A stretch of DNA of 64,000 bases from Candidatus Omnitrophota bacterium (GCA_003141835.1 PLNR01000005.1:126289-190288); one strand, 5' to 3'. Positions 1 to 9,842 are shown, counted from the first letter of the stretch. Notes: a model not told the origin generated them from the sequence alone. Translations and numbers: made by a program.

Positions 1-1555
1 CTTCCTTGTCTTTTATGCCGTTCTCACTAACGGGACACCTTCGGTGGTGAGGGCGACGGTGATGTCCATAGCGCTGCTTCTCGGCCTGCTCCTCGAGAGG
101 GAGACATTGATGTGGAATTCCCTGGGGCTGGCCGCGCTCGCCATACTTTCCGTTGACCCGGCCGCGCTTTTTGATATAGGGTTCCAGCTTTCGTTCGCGT
201 CGGTGGCCTCGCTCCTTTATCTTGGGCCTAAGGTTGAGAAATTTTTCCGTTTTGACCGTAAAATAGCCTCACGATTCCTGTCAAAATGGAAAAAATACGC
301 GCTTGAAGGTTTTTTCGTATCTCTCGCCGCATGGATAGGCGTGACGCCGCTAATCCTGTATTATTTTAACATCGTTACGCCGGTATCGATCCTTGCCAAC
401 CTGGTAGCCGTGCCGCTCTCATTCCTGATAACCATGGCCAGTGTCCCGTTCCTCGCCTTCGGCCTCATCTTTCCGCCCGCCGCGAAAGTATTTGCGGCGT
501 CGGTTTGGCTCCTTTGCGGGATCCTTTTTAACACTAATAGTTTCTTCTCGAAGATACCGTTCGCATATATCTATCTTCCCAAGCCTCCGCTTCTCCTGGT
601 CGCTTTATATTATCTTTTCGTCATCGCGTTCGCCGAACGTGAGAAGTTTAAGCTGTCAGCCGCTAAGCTCTCCGCAGCGGCGCTTGTCGTCTTTAACGTC
701 ATAGTATGGTCCGGCGCTTTATGGCCGGACGACGGAAGGTTGAAAGCCACATTCCTGGACGTGGGCCACGGCGATTCGGTCTTTATCGAATTTCCCTACG
801 GCGGCAACATGCTGATAGACGGGGGCACCGGGACCGGGGAGGATAGCGATTCCGGCAGGAACACGGTATTGCCGTTCCTGCGGCAGAAGGGTATACAGGT
901 GCTCGATGCCGTAGTCCTTACCCATCCCGACATAGACCACGTCGGCGGCCTCGCCTCGGTCATGGACGGGCTGGAGGTAAGGCATGTATTTGGCAACGGG
1001 GCCGAGTCGGATACTTATGCTTACAAGCGTTTCAAGCGGGCAGAGAAGAGGATACCGGAATCAAGGCGTTTTACTTTAGCGCGTTACGATTCGATAGAAG
1101 GGATAAAAGGCGTCAGCATCATGTGTTTTAACCCGCCGTCCGGGTGGGCAAAGGAGGCCGGCACCGAGGCGAACGAGGCTTCGCTTGCCCTGAGGATGGG
1201 ATTCGGGGATTCGGTCATGCTTTTTTGCGGAGATATAGGGGAAAGGGCCATATCCGAAGCCATGCTGGACTCGCCGAAACTCCTGAAAGCGGACTTATTG
1301 ATGCTGCCTCACCACGGCCAAAGGATCAGCCCGGAAAGGGAGGCTTTCATCGACTGGGCCAACCCGTCTTACGTCGTGATATCCCAGGGAGGGGCAGTTG
1401 GAGAAAGAGCACGGTCCGAGGAGGCCGCCGCCCTCCTTTCCGCAAAAGGGATAAAGGTCTTCAGCACCAACAAGGGAGGGGCGGTTTTTGCCGTTACCGA
1501 CGGAAAAGGCCTTTCCGCTGGGAATTTCGAAAGCAAACGCGCAGTTTCACGTTGA
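1..1555 (+). CDS. comEC: DNA internalization competence protein ComEC/Rec2 (5' partial, reading frame open to window edge)
   Basis: Frame 2 has no stop from nt 2. There are multi-TM competence-domain segments followed by a metallo-beta-lactamase fold with HPDIDHVGG (HxHxDH) and a downstream LPHHG motif. Confidence 0.8.
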   Translation, partial: FLVFYAVLTNGTPSVVRATVMSIALLLGLLLERETLMWNSLGLAALAILSVDPAALFDIGFQLSFASVASLLYLGPKVEKFFRFDRKIASRFLSKWKKYALEGFFVSLAAWIGVTPLILYYFNIVTPVSILANLVAVPLSFLITMASVPFLAFGLIFPPAAKVFAASVWLLCGILFNTNSFFSKIPFAYIYLPKPPLLLVALYYLFVIAFAEREKFKLSAAKLSAAALVVFNVIVWSGALWPDDGRLKATFLDVGHGDSVFIEFPYGGNMLIDGGTGTGEDSDSGRNTVLPFLRQKGIQVLDAVVLTHPDIDHVGGLASVMDGLEVRHVFGNGAESDTYAYKRFKRAEKRIPESRRFTLARYDSIEGIKGVSIMCFNPPSGWAKEAGTEANEASLALRMGFGDSVMLFCGDIGERAISEAMLDSPKLLKADLLMLPHHGQRISPEREAFIDWANPSYVVISQGGAVGERARSEEAAALLSAKGIKVFSTNKGGAVFAVTDGKGLSAGNFESKRAVSR

Positions 1556-1601
1556 CAAATCCCGCTTTGGAGTATAAAATTGATTCTACAAAGGGGGAAT
1601 A

Positions 1602-1964
1602 ATGTATTGGAACGATGATTTCCCTGAGAGAAGGCAGCAGCAGAGAGTCAACATGACCATGTCTGTGCAATATAGGGGGATTAGGCAGGCGAATAACTCT
1701 GTTGTAAACGCTATATCGAGGGATATTTCCACCGGCGGCGCCCGCCTTTTGGTTAACGAATTCATCTCGGTCTTTACGCGCCTCGTGCTTGAGATATCCG
1801 TGCCTTCCGCGCCAAAGCCGGTCAGGGCCGTCTCGAAGATCACCTGGGTGCGCAAAAGGCCGTATGGCGAACAATATGAGGTCGGAGCCCAGTTCATGGA
1901 GATGTCGGAAGAGGACAGAAGGGGCGTAACCGACTTCATAGAGAAGTCGGCCCCCGGAACATAG
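1602..1964 (+). CDS. PilZ-domain c-di-GMP binding protein
   Basis: RRQQQR (RxxxR) and DISTGGARL (D/NxSxxG) motifs in a 120-aa protein. Confidence 0.6.
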   Translation: MYWNDDFPERRQQQRVNMTMSVQYRGIRQANNSVVNAISRDISTGGARLLVNEFISVFTRLVLEISVPSAPKPVRAVSKITWVRKRPYGEQYEVGAQFMEMSEEDRRGVTDFIEKSAPGT

Positions 1965-2003
1965 GCCCGTCTTGATACCGGAAATTAAAACACGAGATAA
2001 TTC

Positions 2004-2960
2004 ATGAAAAAATATATCGTTGCGGTCGCGTCGGCGTTTTTATTCCTTTTGGCGATGCCGTTGTCGCATGCCTACTGGATATGGACGCCGCAGACCGGGA
2101 CGTGGATAAACCCCAAATGGGCGGTAAAGGACACCCCCCAGCAGCAGTTTGATTGGGCGTTGAAGTTCTTTAAGGCGAAAGATTACAAAAAGTCCGCCGA
2201 GGAGTTCTTAAGGCTCGTCCGTTTTTATCCGCAAGCCGAACTCGCCGCCGAATCGCAGTATTTCGCGGGCAAATCTTACGAGGCGATGGAGGAGTACGAG
2301 CAGGCCTTCTACGCCTACCAGAAGGGGATCGAGACGTATCCGTTCTCGAAGCGCCTGGATGAGATGACCGAGCGCGAGTACGAGATAGCCGGCAAATTCT
2401 ATGCCGGGCAAAAGGTCAAGGTTTTGGGGATACCGACGTTCCCGTCCGTGTGGAAGGCTATCGAGATGTACCAGAAGGTGGTCGAGAACGCGCCGTACGG
2501 CAAGTACGCTGACCAGTCGCTCTTCAAGATAGGGGAATGTTACAAGAAGGCCGGCGATTTCCAGCAGGCGAGGCTCGCGTTCCAGAAACTTGTCGACGAG
2601 CACCCGGAGAGCAAGCTCGCCGAGGAGGCGAATTTCCAGGTCGGGCTCTGCGCTTCCCAGGCGTCGCTGAAACCCAGCTACGACCAGTCGGTGACCGACG
2701 AGGCGCTCAAGGAGATAGAGGATTTCGCCAAACGCCATCCGGAATCGAAGCTTACCGCCGACGCGGACAAGATGCATAAATCGCTGCGCGAGAAGAAAGC
2801 GCAGAGCGATTACACTATCGCGGAATTTTACTGGAAACAAAAATGGTATGACTCGGCGGGGGAATACTATAAGAACATAGTGGCTAATTTCCCGGACACG
2901 GAGACAGCCAAGAAGGCCGAGGAGAGGCTGAAGATAATAGGGAAGATGACGAAAAAATGA
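2004..2960 (+). CDS. TPR-repeat outer-membrane assembly lipoprotein, BamD/YfiO-like
   Basis: Signal peptide, repeated TPR-like A/Y-rich helices (YFAGKSYEAMEEYEQAFYAYQKG, ECYKKAGDFQQARLAFQKLV); position upstream of lptE-holA. Confidence 0.5.
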   Translation: MKKYIVAVASAFLFLLAMPLSHAYWIWTPQTGTWINPKWAVKDTPQQQFDWALKFFKAKDYKKSAEEFLRLVRFYPQAELAAESQYFAGKSYEAMEEYEQAFYAYQKGIETYPFSKRLDEMTEREYEIAGKFYAGQKVKVLGIPTFPSVWKAIEMYQKVVENAPYGKYADQSLFKIGECYKKAGDFQQARLAFQKLVDEHPESKLAEEANFQVGLCASQASLKPSYDQSVTDEALKEIEDFAKRHPESKLTADADKMHKSLREKKAQSDYTIAEFYWKQKWYDSAGEYYKNIVANFPDTETAKKAEERLKIIGKMTKK

Positions 2961-3511
2961 AAAAGCGGATCGCGTTACTTTTGGCTTTATCATTCGCTGC
3001 CTCGCTCGCCGGGTGCGGTTACGCCACTCATTCGACCAATTACAAGAAAGCCACGAAGATCTTCATAAAGCCCTTCGAGAACAAAGTTGACCTGAACATC
3101 GAAAGGGAATATTCGGACCGCAATCCTTACAGGCTGTACCGCGCCGGGATGGAAACGAATATAACTGACGCGGTAATAGACAGGTTCCAGGTCGACGGTT
3201 ACCTGAAGGTCGTCTCAAGGCAGGACGAGGCTGACCTGGTCTTAAGCGGCGCGCTTACCAATTATGACAAACAGCCGTTAAGGTTCGACCAGCGCAGCGA
3301 GAACGTCGATGAGTACAGGGCCAATATAATAGTCGATATGTCCCTCGAGGACGTGGTCCGGGGAAAAACGGTCTGGACCGAAAAAGGGTTTGTCGGTTTC
3401 TTTGAATACAACCAGAGCGGGCCGAACTCAGTACCGGAAGATGCCGCTATAACCAATGCGACCGCGGACCTGGCAAAAAGGATCGTCGAAAGGACCATAG
3501 AGGATTGGTAG
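2957..3511 (+). CDS. lptE: LPS-assembly lipoprotein LptE-like
   Basis: Lipobox LAGC after signal peptide, about 180 aa, immediately upstream of holA as in the conserved lptE-holA arrangement. Confidence 0.45.
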   Translation: MKKRIALLLALSFAASLAGCGYATHSTNYKKATKIFIKPFENKVDLNIEREYSDRNPYRLYRAGMETNITDAVIDRFQVDGYLKVVSRQDEADLVLSGALTNYDKQPLRFDQRSENVDEYRANIIVDMSLEDVVRGKTVWTEKGFVGFFEYNQSGPNSVPEDAAITNATADLAKRIVERTIEDW

Positions 3512-4392
3512 GTATCTTCCTCTTTTTAGGAACAGAGAACGCCCTTAAAGAAGAGACCCTCCGCGAACTGAAAGATAAGACCCTCTCCGGAGGCAATCCC
3601 GACCTCAATTACAACATATTCTACCCGGACCAGTTTGACCCCCACACTTTCCAGGATGCCGTCAACACAAACCCGTTCCTCAGCCCTGCCCGTTTTGTCG
3701 TGATAAGGGATATAGATAAACTGCCGCAGGAGGCCAGGGACCCGGTGATGAATTACGCCAGGAACCCGTCCGGCACCACCGTACTGGTCATGACTGCCGG
3801 CCTGTCGCCGAGGGAGGCGGACGGCGACCCTTTCCTTTCCGGATTATCAAAATTAGCCGAGGTCAGGGATTTCGAGAATTTAAGCGGGGAAAGTCTCAGG
3901 CGTTATATCCTGGGGAAGGCCGCCTTTTACAAGAAAGAAATGGGCCGCGACGCCGTTGAATTGATCATCTCGAAGATCGGCAACGACCTGCAGAAATTAC
4001 GCATGGCGGTGGAGAAACTCGCGAATTATACCGGGGACCGCAAGGGGATAGAGAAGAAGGATGTCGAGGTGCTCGTAGGAAGGTCGCTCGACGAGACCGT
4101 ATTTGACATGACCGGGGCGATGATGGACGGGCAGGCCTCGCGCTCCCTTTCGATATTATCCGGGCTTTTGAGGGAATCAGTGCGGCCGGAGAACGTAATA
4201 GGGGCGATGGCCGCCGCGGTGAAACGCGCCGCCAGATCGAAAGGCTCCCCTGACCGGGCCAAAAGATGGCTTAAGAAGGCCCTTTCTTACCTGGCCGAGG
4301 CGGACCGCGACTGCAAAAACAGGGACCTCGATAAAAGGGTTATCCTGGAATCTCTCGTGGTGAGGTTATCTGAGCTTGGCGAGCTTGCTTAA
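3505..4392 (+). CDS. holA: DNA polymerase III delta subunit
   Basis: Size, position after lptE and delta-subunit-like N-terminal region; TTG start is uncertain. Confidence 0.65.
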   Translation: MVGIFLFLGTENALKEETLRELKDKTLSGGNPDLNYNIFYPDQFDPHTFQDAVNTNPFLSPARFVVIRDIDKLPQEARDPVMNYARNPSGTTVLVMTAGLSPREADGDPFLSGLSKLAEVRDFENLSGESLRRYILGKAAFYKKEMGRDAVELIISKIGNDLQKLRMAVEKLANYTGDRKGIEKKDVEVLVGRSLDETVFDMTGAMMDGQASRSLSILSGLLRESVRPENVIGAMAAAVKRAARSKGSPDRAKRWLKKALSYLAEADRDCKNRDLDKRVILESLVVRLSELGELA

Positions 4393-4629
4393 GATGCGGG
4401 CTCTCTTGCGCGATACCGTATTCCTGTGCAGCATGCCCTTGGAGCGCGCCTTGTCAAGTTTGGAGACGAGGGAAGCGCCGAATTTCCTGGCTTCGTCGGC
4501 CTTTTTCGCGGTCAGAGCCATCACGAACTTCTTGGCTAAGGACTTGATCTCGGTAGCGACCTTCTGGTTCCTCGCGCGTCTCTTCTTGTCCTGGCGTATA
4601 GCTTTAGATGCGGATCTTATATTAGGCAA
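4366..4629 (-). CDS. rpsT: 30S ribosomal protein S20
   Basis: PNIRSASKAIRQDKKRRARN aligns with the S20 N-terminus (ANIKSAKKRAIQSEK). The TTG start at 4629 is preceded by AGGAG 7 nt upstream; 87 aa. The 3' end overlaps the holA 3' end convergently. Confidence 0.85.
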   Translation of the reverse strand: MPNIRSASKAIRQDKKRRARNQKVATEIKSLAKKFVMALTAKKADEARKFGASLVSKLDKARSKGMLHRNTVSRKRARILSKLAKLR

Positions 4630-4683
4630 TCCTGTTTCTCCTTTCGAATTACGATTGTGTAAAAATACCATATAAGGCGGAAA

Positions 4684-6234
4684 ATGTCAACACATAAATC
4701 TCTGGCGAAATCGGCGGGAGTGATAGGCCTGGGCATATCCGCGAGCCGCATTTTGGGTTTTATAAGAGAGATAATAGTTGCCCACATGTTCGGGACCAAC
4801 TCTATAGCTATCCAGGCGTTTACCGTAGCCTTCAGGATACCGAACCTGCTGCGCGACCTGGTCGGCGAAGGCGCCGCTAACGCGGCGTTTGTGCCGGTCC
4901 TGACCGGTTATATTGCGACGAAGTCGAAAGAAGAGTTCTGGAAACTGGCGCGGGTGCTCCTCAATACCATGACGGTCGTCCTGGCGGCTTTGACCGTGAT
5001 TGGGGTAATGTTCGCGCCGGCCATAGTGGCGGTCATATCTCCGGGTTTCATCAAAAATGCCGAGTTATTCCAGATGACCGTTACCCTTACCCGGATGATG
5101 TTCCCGTATATATTCCTGATCGGCCTCACCGCCTATGCCACCGGCGTGCTTAATTCGATGAAGCTTTTCGGCGCGGCCTCGTTCAGCCAGCCGATTTATA
5201 ACCTCGTATTCATATTGGCAGCCGTATTTTTATGCCCGGTAATGAAAGTCCCCGTCATGGGGCTTGTTATCGGCGTCCTGGCGGGTGGTATCTTGCAATT
5301 GCTCGTTCAGATACCACAGCTGATGGGGCGGGGGCTGGGTTTGCCGCGTTTTAACAGATTCAGGCATCCGGCCTCTACCGAGATAGGGAAACTGATGCTG
5401 CCGAGAGCGCTAGCTTCGAGCGTCTACCAGCTGAACGTGATGTTCGATACTGCGGTAGCGTCGCTGTCAGGTATTGTAGGTGACGGCGCGATCATGGCCA
5501 TATATTATTCGAATAGGCTGTGGCAGCTGCCTCTGGCGATATTCAGCACCGCGATCTCACAGGCCATGCTGCCGACTTTATCCGAACATGCCGCGCAGAA
5601 GGATATGGAGAAGTTCAAGGATACGCTTTCATTCTCGCTCCGTTCGGTATTTTTCATAACGATACCCGCGGCGGTAGGCCTTATAGTCCTCTCGGAGCCG
5701 ATAGTGCGTGTGGTATTTCAGGGAGGGGCTTTCGACGAATATTCCACAAAGATAACCTCGTCCGCGCTCCTGTATTTTTCGATAGGGCTTTGTTCATATG
5801 CGGGCGTCAAAGTCCTAGCCGCGGCGTTCTATTCGCTCAAGGACACGAGAACGCCCCTCAAGAACTTTTTTATGGCATTTTTACTGAATGCGGCGCTGAA
5901 CCTTATTCTGATGTTCCCCATGAAGGTCGGAGGGCTTGCCCTTGCCACGTCTATCGCGAGCATGTTCAATTTCTTCTCGCTCTTTTACCTTTTAAGGAAA
6001 AAAATTGGCCCGCTCGGCGGCCGCGCGATAGTCGTTTCATTTACACGCGCCATGATACCAGGCATTATAATGGCGGTGGTCCTCATTTGGCTTAATGCCG
6101 CTTTGCACTTCAGGCCTATCCTCCAGGTGATAGTCGTCATCCTCGCCGGCATGGCCTCGTTCTTTACCGCCTGCCTGATATTTGACGTAAAAGAATTCAA
6201 AGGATTCATGAAATGGATATTAAGGAGAAGCTGA
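4684..6234 (+). CDS. murJ: lipid II flippase MurJ (MviN)
   Basis: 516-aa polytopic membrane protein with a MurJ-type N-terminus (GLGISASRILGFIREIIVAHMFG). Confidence 0.85.
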   Translation: MSTHKSLAKSAGVIGLGISASRILGFIREIIVAHMFGTNSIAIQAFTVAFRIPNLLRDLVGEGAANAAFVPVLTGYIATKSKEEFWKLARVLLNTMTVVLAALTVIGVMFAPAIVAVISPGFIKNAELFQMTVTLTRMMFPYIFLIGLTAYATGVLNSMKLFGAASFSQPIYNLVFILAAVFLCPVMKVPVMGLVIGVLAGGILQLLVQIPQLMGRGLGLPRFNRFRHPASTEIGKLMLPRALASSVYQLNVMFDTAVASLSGIVGDGAIMAIYYSNRLWQLPLAIFSTAISQAMLPTLSEHAAQKDMEKFKDTLSFSLRSVFFITIPAAVGLIVLSEPIVRVVFQGGAFDEYSTKITSSALLYFSIGLCSYAGVKVLAAAFYSLKDTRTPLKNFFMAFLLNAALNLILMFPMKVGGLALATSIASMFNFFSLFYLLRKKIGPLGGRAIVVSFTRAMIPGIIMAVVLIWLNAALHFRPILQVIVVILAGMASFFTACLIFDVKEFKGFMKWILRRS

Positions 6235-7487
6235 GGGATATACCTGACCAGCCCGGCGTATACATCTTCAAGGACGCGGACGGGAAGGTGCTCTATGTCG
6301 GCAAGGCCTCATCGCTGCGCAGCAGGGTCCGCTCGTATTTCCAGAGGTCTAAAGACCACGGCCCGAGGATAGGCGCCCTCGTTAATAATGTCCGTGATAT
6401 TGGCTGGATCCCGACGGCGACGGAGGCCGAGGCGCTCCTCTACGAATCGAACCTCATCAAAGAACACCTGCCCAAATATAACGTAAGCCTGCGTGACAGC
6501 AAGACATACCCGCTTATCAAGATAACTATGTCCGAAGAATTCCCCCGGGTCATGGTCGCGCGCGGCAGGAAGAGCGACGGCTCGCTCTATTTCGGGCCGT
6601 ACACCGACGCGGCGCTTTTGCGCGCGGCGGTAAAAGCGGTCCGGCAGATATTTATGTTCCGCACCTGCGCGTCCCTGCCCAAGAAGGCGTGCGTATATGA
6701 CGACCTTGGGCTTTGCTCGGCGCCATGCGAGGGCAAAGTCTCGAAAGAAGAATACGGCGAGAGGATCAAAGAGGTCATCCTCTTTATCGAGGGGAAGAAG
6801 GCGGAACTGATCAAAAGACTGGCGGAGAAGATGAAGAAACTCTCCGGCGAAGAAAAATTCGAGGAAGCGGCCGAAGCCCGCAACCAGATAGAGGCGCTCA
6901 GCACGGCAGTGCATAAGAGGTCGGGCATAGGGCCGGCCGGGCCGGGCGAATTGGCAGTGGTCTTGGGCTTGAGGAGAACGCCGGCGCTCATCGAGGCGTT
7001 CGACATATCCAATATCAAGGGAGAGGAGGCCTGCGGCTCGATGGTCACGTTCAAGGACGGCAGGCCCGACAAATCGAAATACAGGATGTTCAAGATACGC
7101 GAGGTCGAAGGCCAGGACGATTACGCAATGATGCGCGAGGTAGTAAGGCGCCGGTATACAGGATCATTGAAAGACAAGCTACCCAAGCCCGACCTGATAG
7201 TGATCGACGGGGGAAGGGGGCATCTCTCGGCAGCGGCGCATGAGATAAGGGCCGCCGGCCTCAAGGACGCCGCAATTATCGGTATTGCAAAAGTCTTCGA
7301 GCACATATATACTTTACATAAGGATCTGCCGGTCGCGCTTCCGCCGTCATCGAAGGCGCTGCAATTGATACAGCGGATACGCGACGAGTCGCACAGGTTC
7401 GCTATAAGATACCACCACATATTAAGACGAAAGGCGCTGGTCGGTGAAAAAAGAGCGAAAAAGATCCAGAAGCAAACGCCCCATTAG
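6213..7487 (+). CDS. uvrC: excinuclease ABC subunit C homolog lacking the C-terminal (HhH)2 domain
   Basis: GIY-YIG N-terminus (GVYIFKDADGKVLYVGKA), UVR motif (EEKFEEAAEARNQIEAL) and an RNase-H-like nuclease region (LIVIDGGRGHL, DESHRFAIRY). The protein ends about 15 aa after HRFA. Confidence 0.75.
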   Translation: MDIKEKLRDIPDQPGVYIFKDADGKVLYVGKASSLRSRVRSYFQRSKDHGPRIGALVNNVRDIGWIPTATEAEALLYESNLIKEHLPKYNVSLRDSKTYPLIKITMSEEFPRVMVARGRKSDGSLYFGPYTDAALLRAAVKAVRQIFMFRTCASLPKKACVYDDLGLCSAPCEGKVSKEEYGERIKEVILFIEGKKAELIKRLAEKMKKLSGEEKFEEAAEARNQIEALSTAVHKRSGIGPAGPGELAVVLGLRRTPALIEAFDISNIKGEEACGSMVTFKDGRPDKSKYRMFKIREVEGQDDYAMMREVVRRRYTGSLKDKLPKPDLIVIDGGRGHLSAAAHEIRAAGLKDAAIIGIAKVFEHIYTLHKDLPVALPPSSKALQLIQRIRDESHRFAIRYHHILRRKALVGEKRAKKIQKQTPH

Positions 7488-7830
7488 AAAACGATTTTCT
7501 AACGGGACACGGAGAAATCAGCTGTTTGACGGATGCACAGAATTTGAGATCTGCGTCTATAAGTGCATCATGAAGATCCCGGCCGGCGAGACGCGCACCT
7601 ACGCGTGGGTCGCGGAAAAGATCGGTAAGCCCAAAGCCACCCGAGCTGTTGCCCAAGCCCTCCATCGCAACCCCTGGCCATTGATCATTCCCTGCCACCG
7701 TGTCGTTGCATCAAACGGCTCCATCGGCGGATACGCCTACGGCGTCGAGCTTAAGCGGCTTTTCCTGGAAATGGAAAAGAAGGGCGCAACTTTCTACGTC
7801 GGCTCCGACCTGCTGCCTAAACCTAAATGA
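7444..7830 (+). CDS. ogt: methylated-DNA-protein-cysteine methyltransferase C-terminal domain protein
   Basis: IPCHRVV active-site motif and IPAGETRTYAWVAEKIG helix. The start is ambiguous (possibly ATG at 7570); the ORF overlaps the uvrC 3' end. Confidence 0.6.
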   Translation: MKKERKRSRSKRPIRKRFSNGTRRNQLFDGCTEFEICVYKCIMKIPAGETRTYAWVAEKIGKPKATRAVAQALHRNPWPLIIPCHRVVASNGSIGGYAYGVELKRLFLEMEKKGATFYVGSDLLPKPK

Positions 7831-8654
7831 CCATCGATATAAAGACAATAAAACACCTGCTGGTAGGAGAATTTACTTTAAAGAGACTCCTCATCTCGAT
7901 CATTGAAATATATCTCTTAGTGCTTGTGTACGCTTTCTTCTTTTCCGACAACCTGACCTTCTATCCCCACCCCTCGTCTTATAATGACGGACCCGGAATT
8001 ATTAAACTGAAAGTTACGGATAGTATACGGATCTCCGCGGCCTATCTGCCTGCCAAAGACGCCAGGTTTGTTATCCTATACAGCCACGGTAACGCCGAGG
8101 ACATCGGAGACCTTATGCTGCTGATGGAATTATTCAGGGACCACGGTTTTTCGACCTTAACCTACGACTATGAAGGTTACGGGACGAGCGCGGGCAAGCC
8201 CTCAGAAAAGGGCGTTTACAGGGATGCCGAAGCGGCTTACCGCTACTTAGTCAACGATCTAAAGATCGACCCAAGCCGAATAATAATCCAGGGGCGTTCT
8301 ATCGGGAGCGGCGCGGCCGTCGAACTTGCCTCAAAGGAGAAAGCGGCCGGGTTGATCATTGAAAGCGGGTGCGTCTCGGCGTTCAGGGTGAGGACGGTTA
8401 TCCCTCTTGCGCTGTTCGACAGGTTTAATAATATAGCGAAGATCGGGAATATCCATTATCCCGTCTTAGTTATGCACGGCAGGAAAGATACGATAATGCC
8501 TTTCTGGCACGGTCAGGCTTTATTCAAAAAGGCAAATCAACCGAAGATGTGTTTATGGGTGGACAGCGCCGGCCATAACGACTTCTTCTGGGTAGCCGGT
8601 GATAATTACTGGAAAGCGATCAAGGATTTTGCCGCGCTGATAGAAAATAATTAA
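7827..8654 (+). CDS. alpha/beta hydrolase
   Basis: GRSIGSG (GxSxG) nucleophile elbow, downstream HGRKDTIMPF and GHND. Confidence 0.6.
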   Translation: MTIDIKTIKHLLVGEFTLKRLLISIIEIYLLVLVYAFFFSDNLTFYPHPSSYNDGPGIIKLKVTDSIRISAAYLPAKDARFVILYSHGNAEDIGDLMLLMELFRDHGFSTLTYDYEGYGTSAGKPSEKGVYRDAEAAYRYLVNDLKIDPSRIIIQGRSIGSGAAVELASKEKAAGLIIESGCVSAFRVRTVIPLALFDRFNNIAKIGNIHYPVLVMHGRKDTIMPFWHGQALFKKANQPKMCLWVDSAGHNDFFWVAGDNYWKAIKDFAALIENN

Positions 8655-8678
8655 GCCGGAATTCCCGCCTATTTGCCC

Positions 8679-8707
8679 TTGTTTTATCCCCCCTAAACTG
8701 GTATAAT
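8679..8707 (+). promoter_or_regulatory. candidate sigma70 promoter for prfB (TTGTTT-17-TATAAT)
   Basis: TTGTTT at 8679-8684, a 17-bp spacer and TATAAT at 8702-8707; a GGAGGAG RBS sits before ATG 8741. Confidence 0.35.
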
Positions 8708-8740
8708 TTTAATCCTGTAAATGCCTTACGGAGGAGAACT

Positions 8741-9842
8741 ATGCTTGAGGAGCTTAAGAAGAAGATAAAGCAGGCGCAAGAGACGTTAGCCAACCTGCGG
8801 AGGTATCTTTGACCTCGATAACGCGGGAAAGAATATAGCGGAATTTGAAGGGAAGATGGCCGCCCCGGGCTTCTGGGATGACCAGCAGAAGGCCAACAAG
8901 ATAATCGCCGAAATGAAGTCGCTCAAGGCCCGCCTGGATCCGTGGCAGGCGTGCGGCAAAGAGCTCGAGGAGCTTTCAGGGCTCGCCGAGATAACAGAAC
9001 CCTCCGACGAGGCCTCGATATCCCAGCTTTCAAAAGACCTGGATTCATTAGCGAATAAGATAAGCCGCATCGAATTTACCGCGCTATTTTCCGGAGAGCA
9101 CGACAAGTCCGGCGCCATACTTTCCATAAACGCAGGCGCAGGCGGCACCGAGTCGTGCGATTGGGCAGCGATGCTTTTCAGGATGTATGTCCGCTACGCC
9201 CAGAACAAGGGCTATAAAGTGGAAGTCCTCGACTACCTGGCCGGCGAAGAAGCCGGCGTCAAGAACGTGACCATCCTGATAAAAGGCGACTACGCCTTCG
9301 GTTACCTGAAGTCCGAGCGCGGCGTCCACCGTCTTGTAAGGATATCACCATTCGATTCGAATAAGAGGCGCCACACTTCATTCGCCTCGGTCGACGTCAT
9401 CCCCGAGGTCGAGGAGGACGCGGATATCCAGATCGACGAGAAGGAGATCCGCATCGACGTGTACCGGGCATCCGGGCCCGGCGGGCAGGGAGTCAACACG
9501 ACCGACTCGGCGGTCAGGATAACGCATATACCGACTGGCCTGGTCGTACAATGCCAGAACGAGCGCTCGCAGCTGAAGAACAAGCACTCGGCGATGAAAG
9601 TCCTTAAGGCGCGGATCTTTGAGAAGAGGCAGCAGGAACAGGAAGAGAAATTAAAGACGATGTATTCGGAGAAACAGAAGATAGAATGGGGCAGCCAGAT
9701 ACGTTCTTACGTGCTGCACCCGTACATGATGGTAAAGGACCACAGGACTGAGTACGAGACCGGAAAAGCGAACCAGGTTCTCGACGGCGAACTTGACGAA
9801 TTGATAGAGGCGTACGTTAAATTTTCGGCAGTAAAAAAATAA
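8741..9842 (+). CDS. prfB: peptide chain release factor 2 with programmed +1 ribosomal frameshift; join(8741..8809,8811..9842)
   Basis: ORF0 reads MLEELKKKIKQAQETLANLRRYL then TGA at 8810. The downstream frame carries SPF and GGQ motifs (SGPGGQGVNTTDSAVRITHIPTG). The RRYL-D junction matches canonical RF2 (RGYLD). Confidence 0.9.
8799..8813 (+). promoter_or_regulatory. RF2 autoregulatory frameshift site (internal SD GGAGG, UAU CUU UGA C)
   Basis: GGAGG at 8799-8803, then TAT CTT TGA C. The SD spacing and slippery CUU-UGA-C are identical in arrangement to the E. coli prfB site. Confidence 0.8.
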
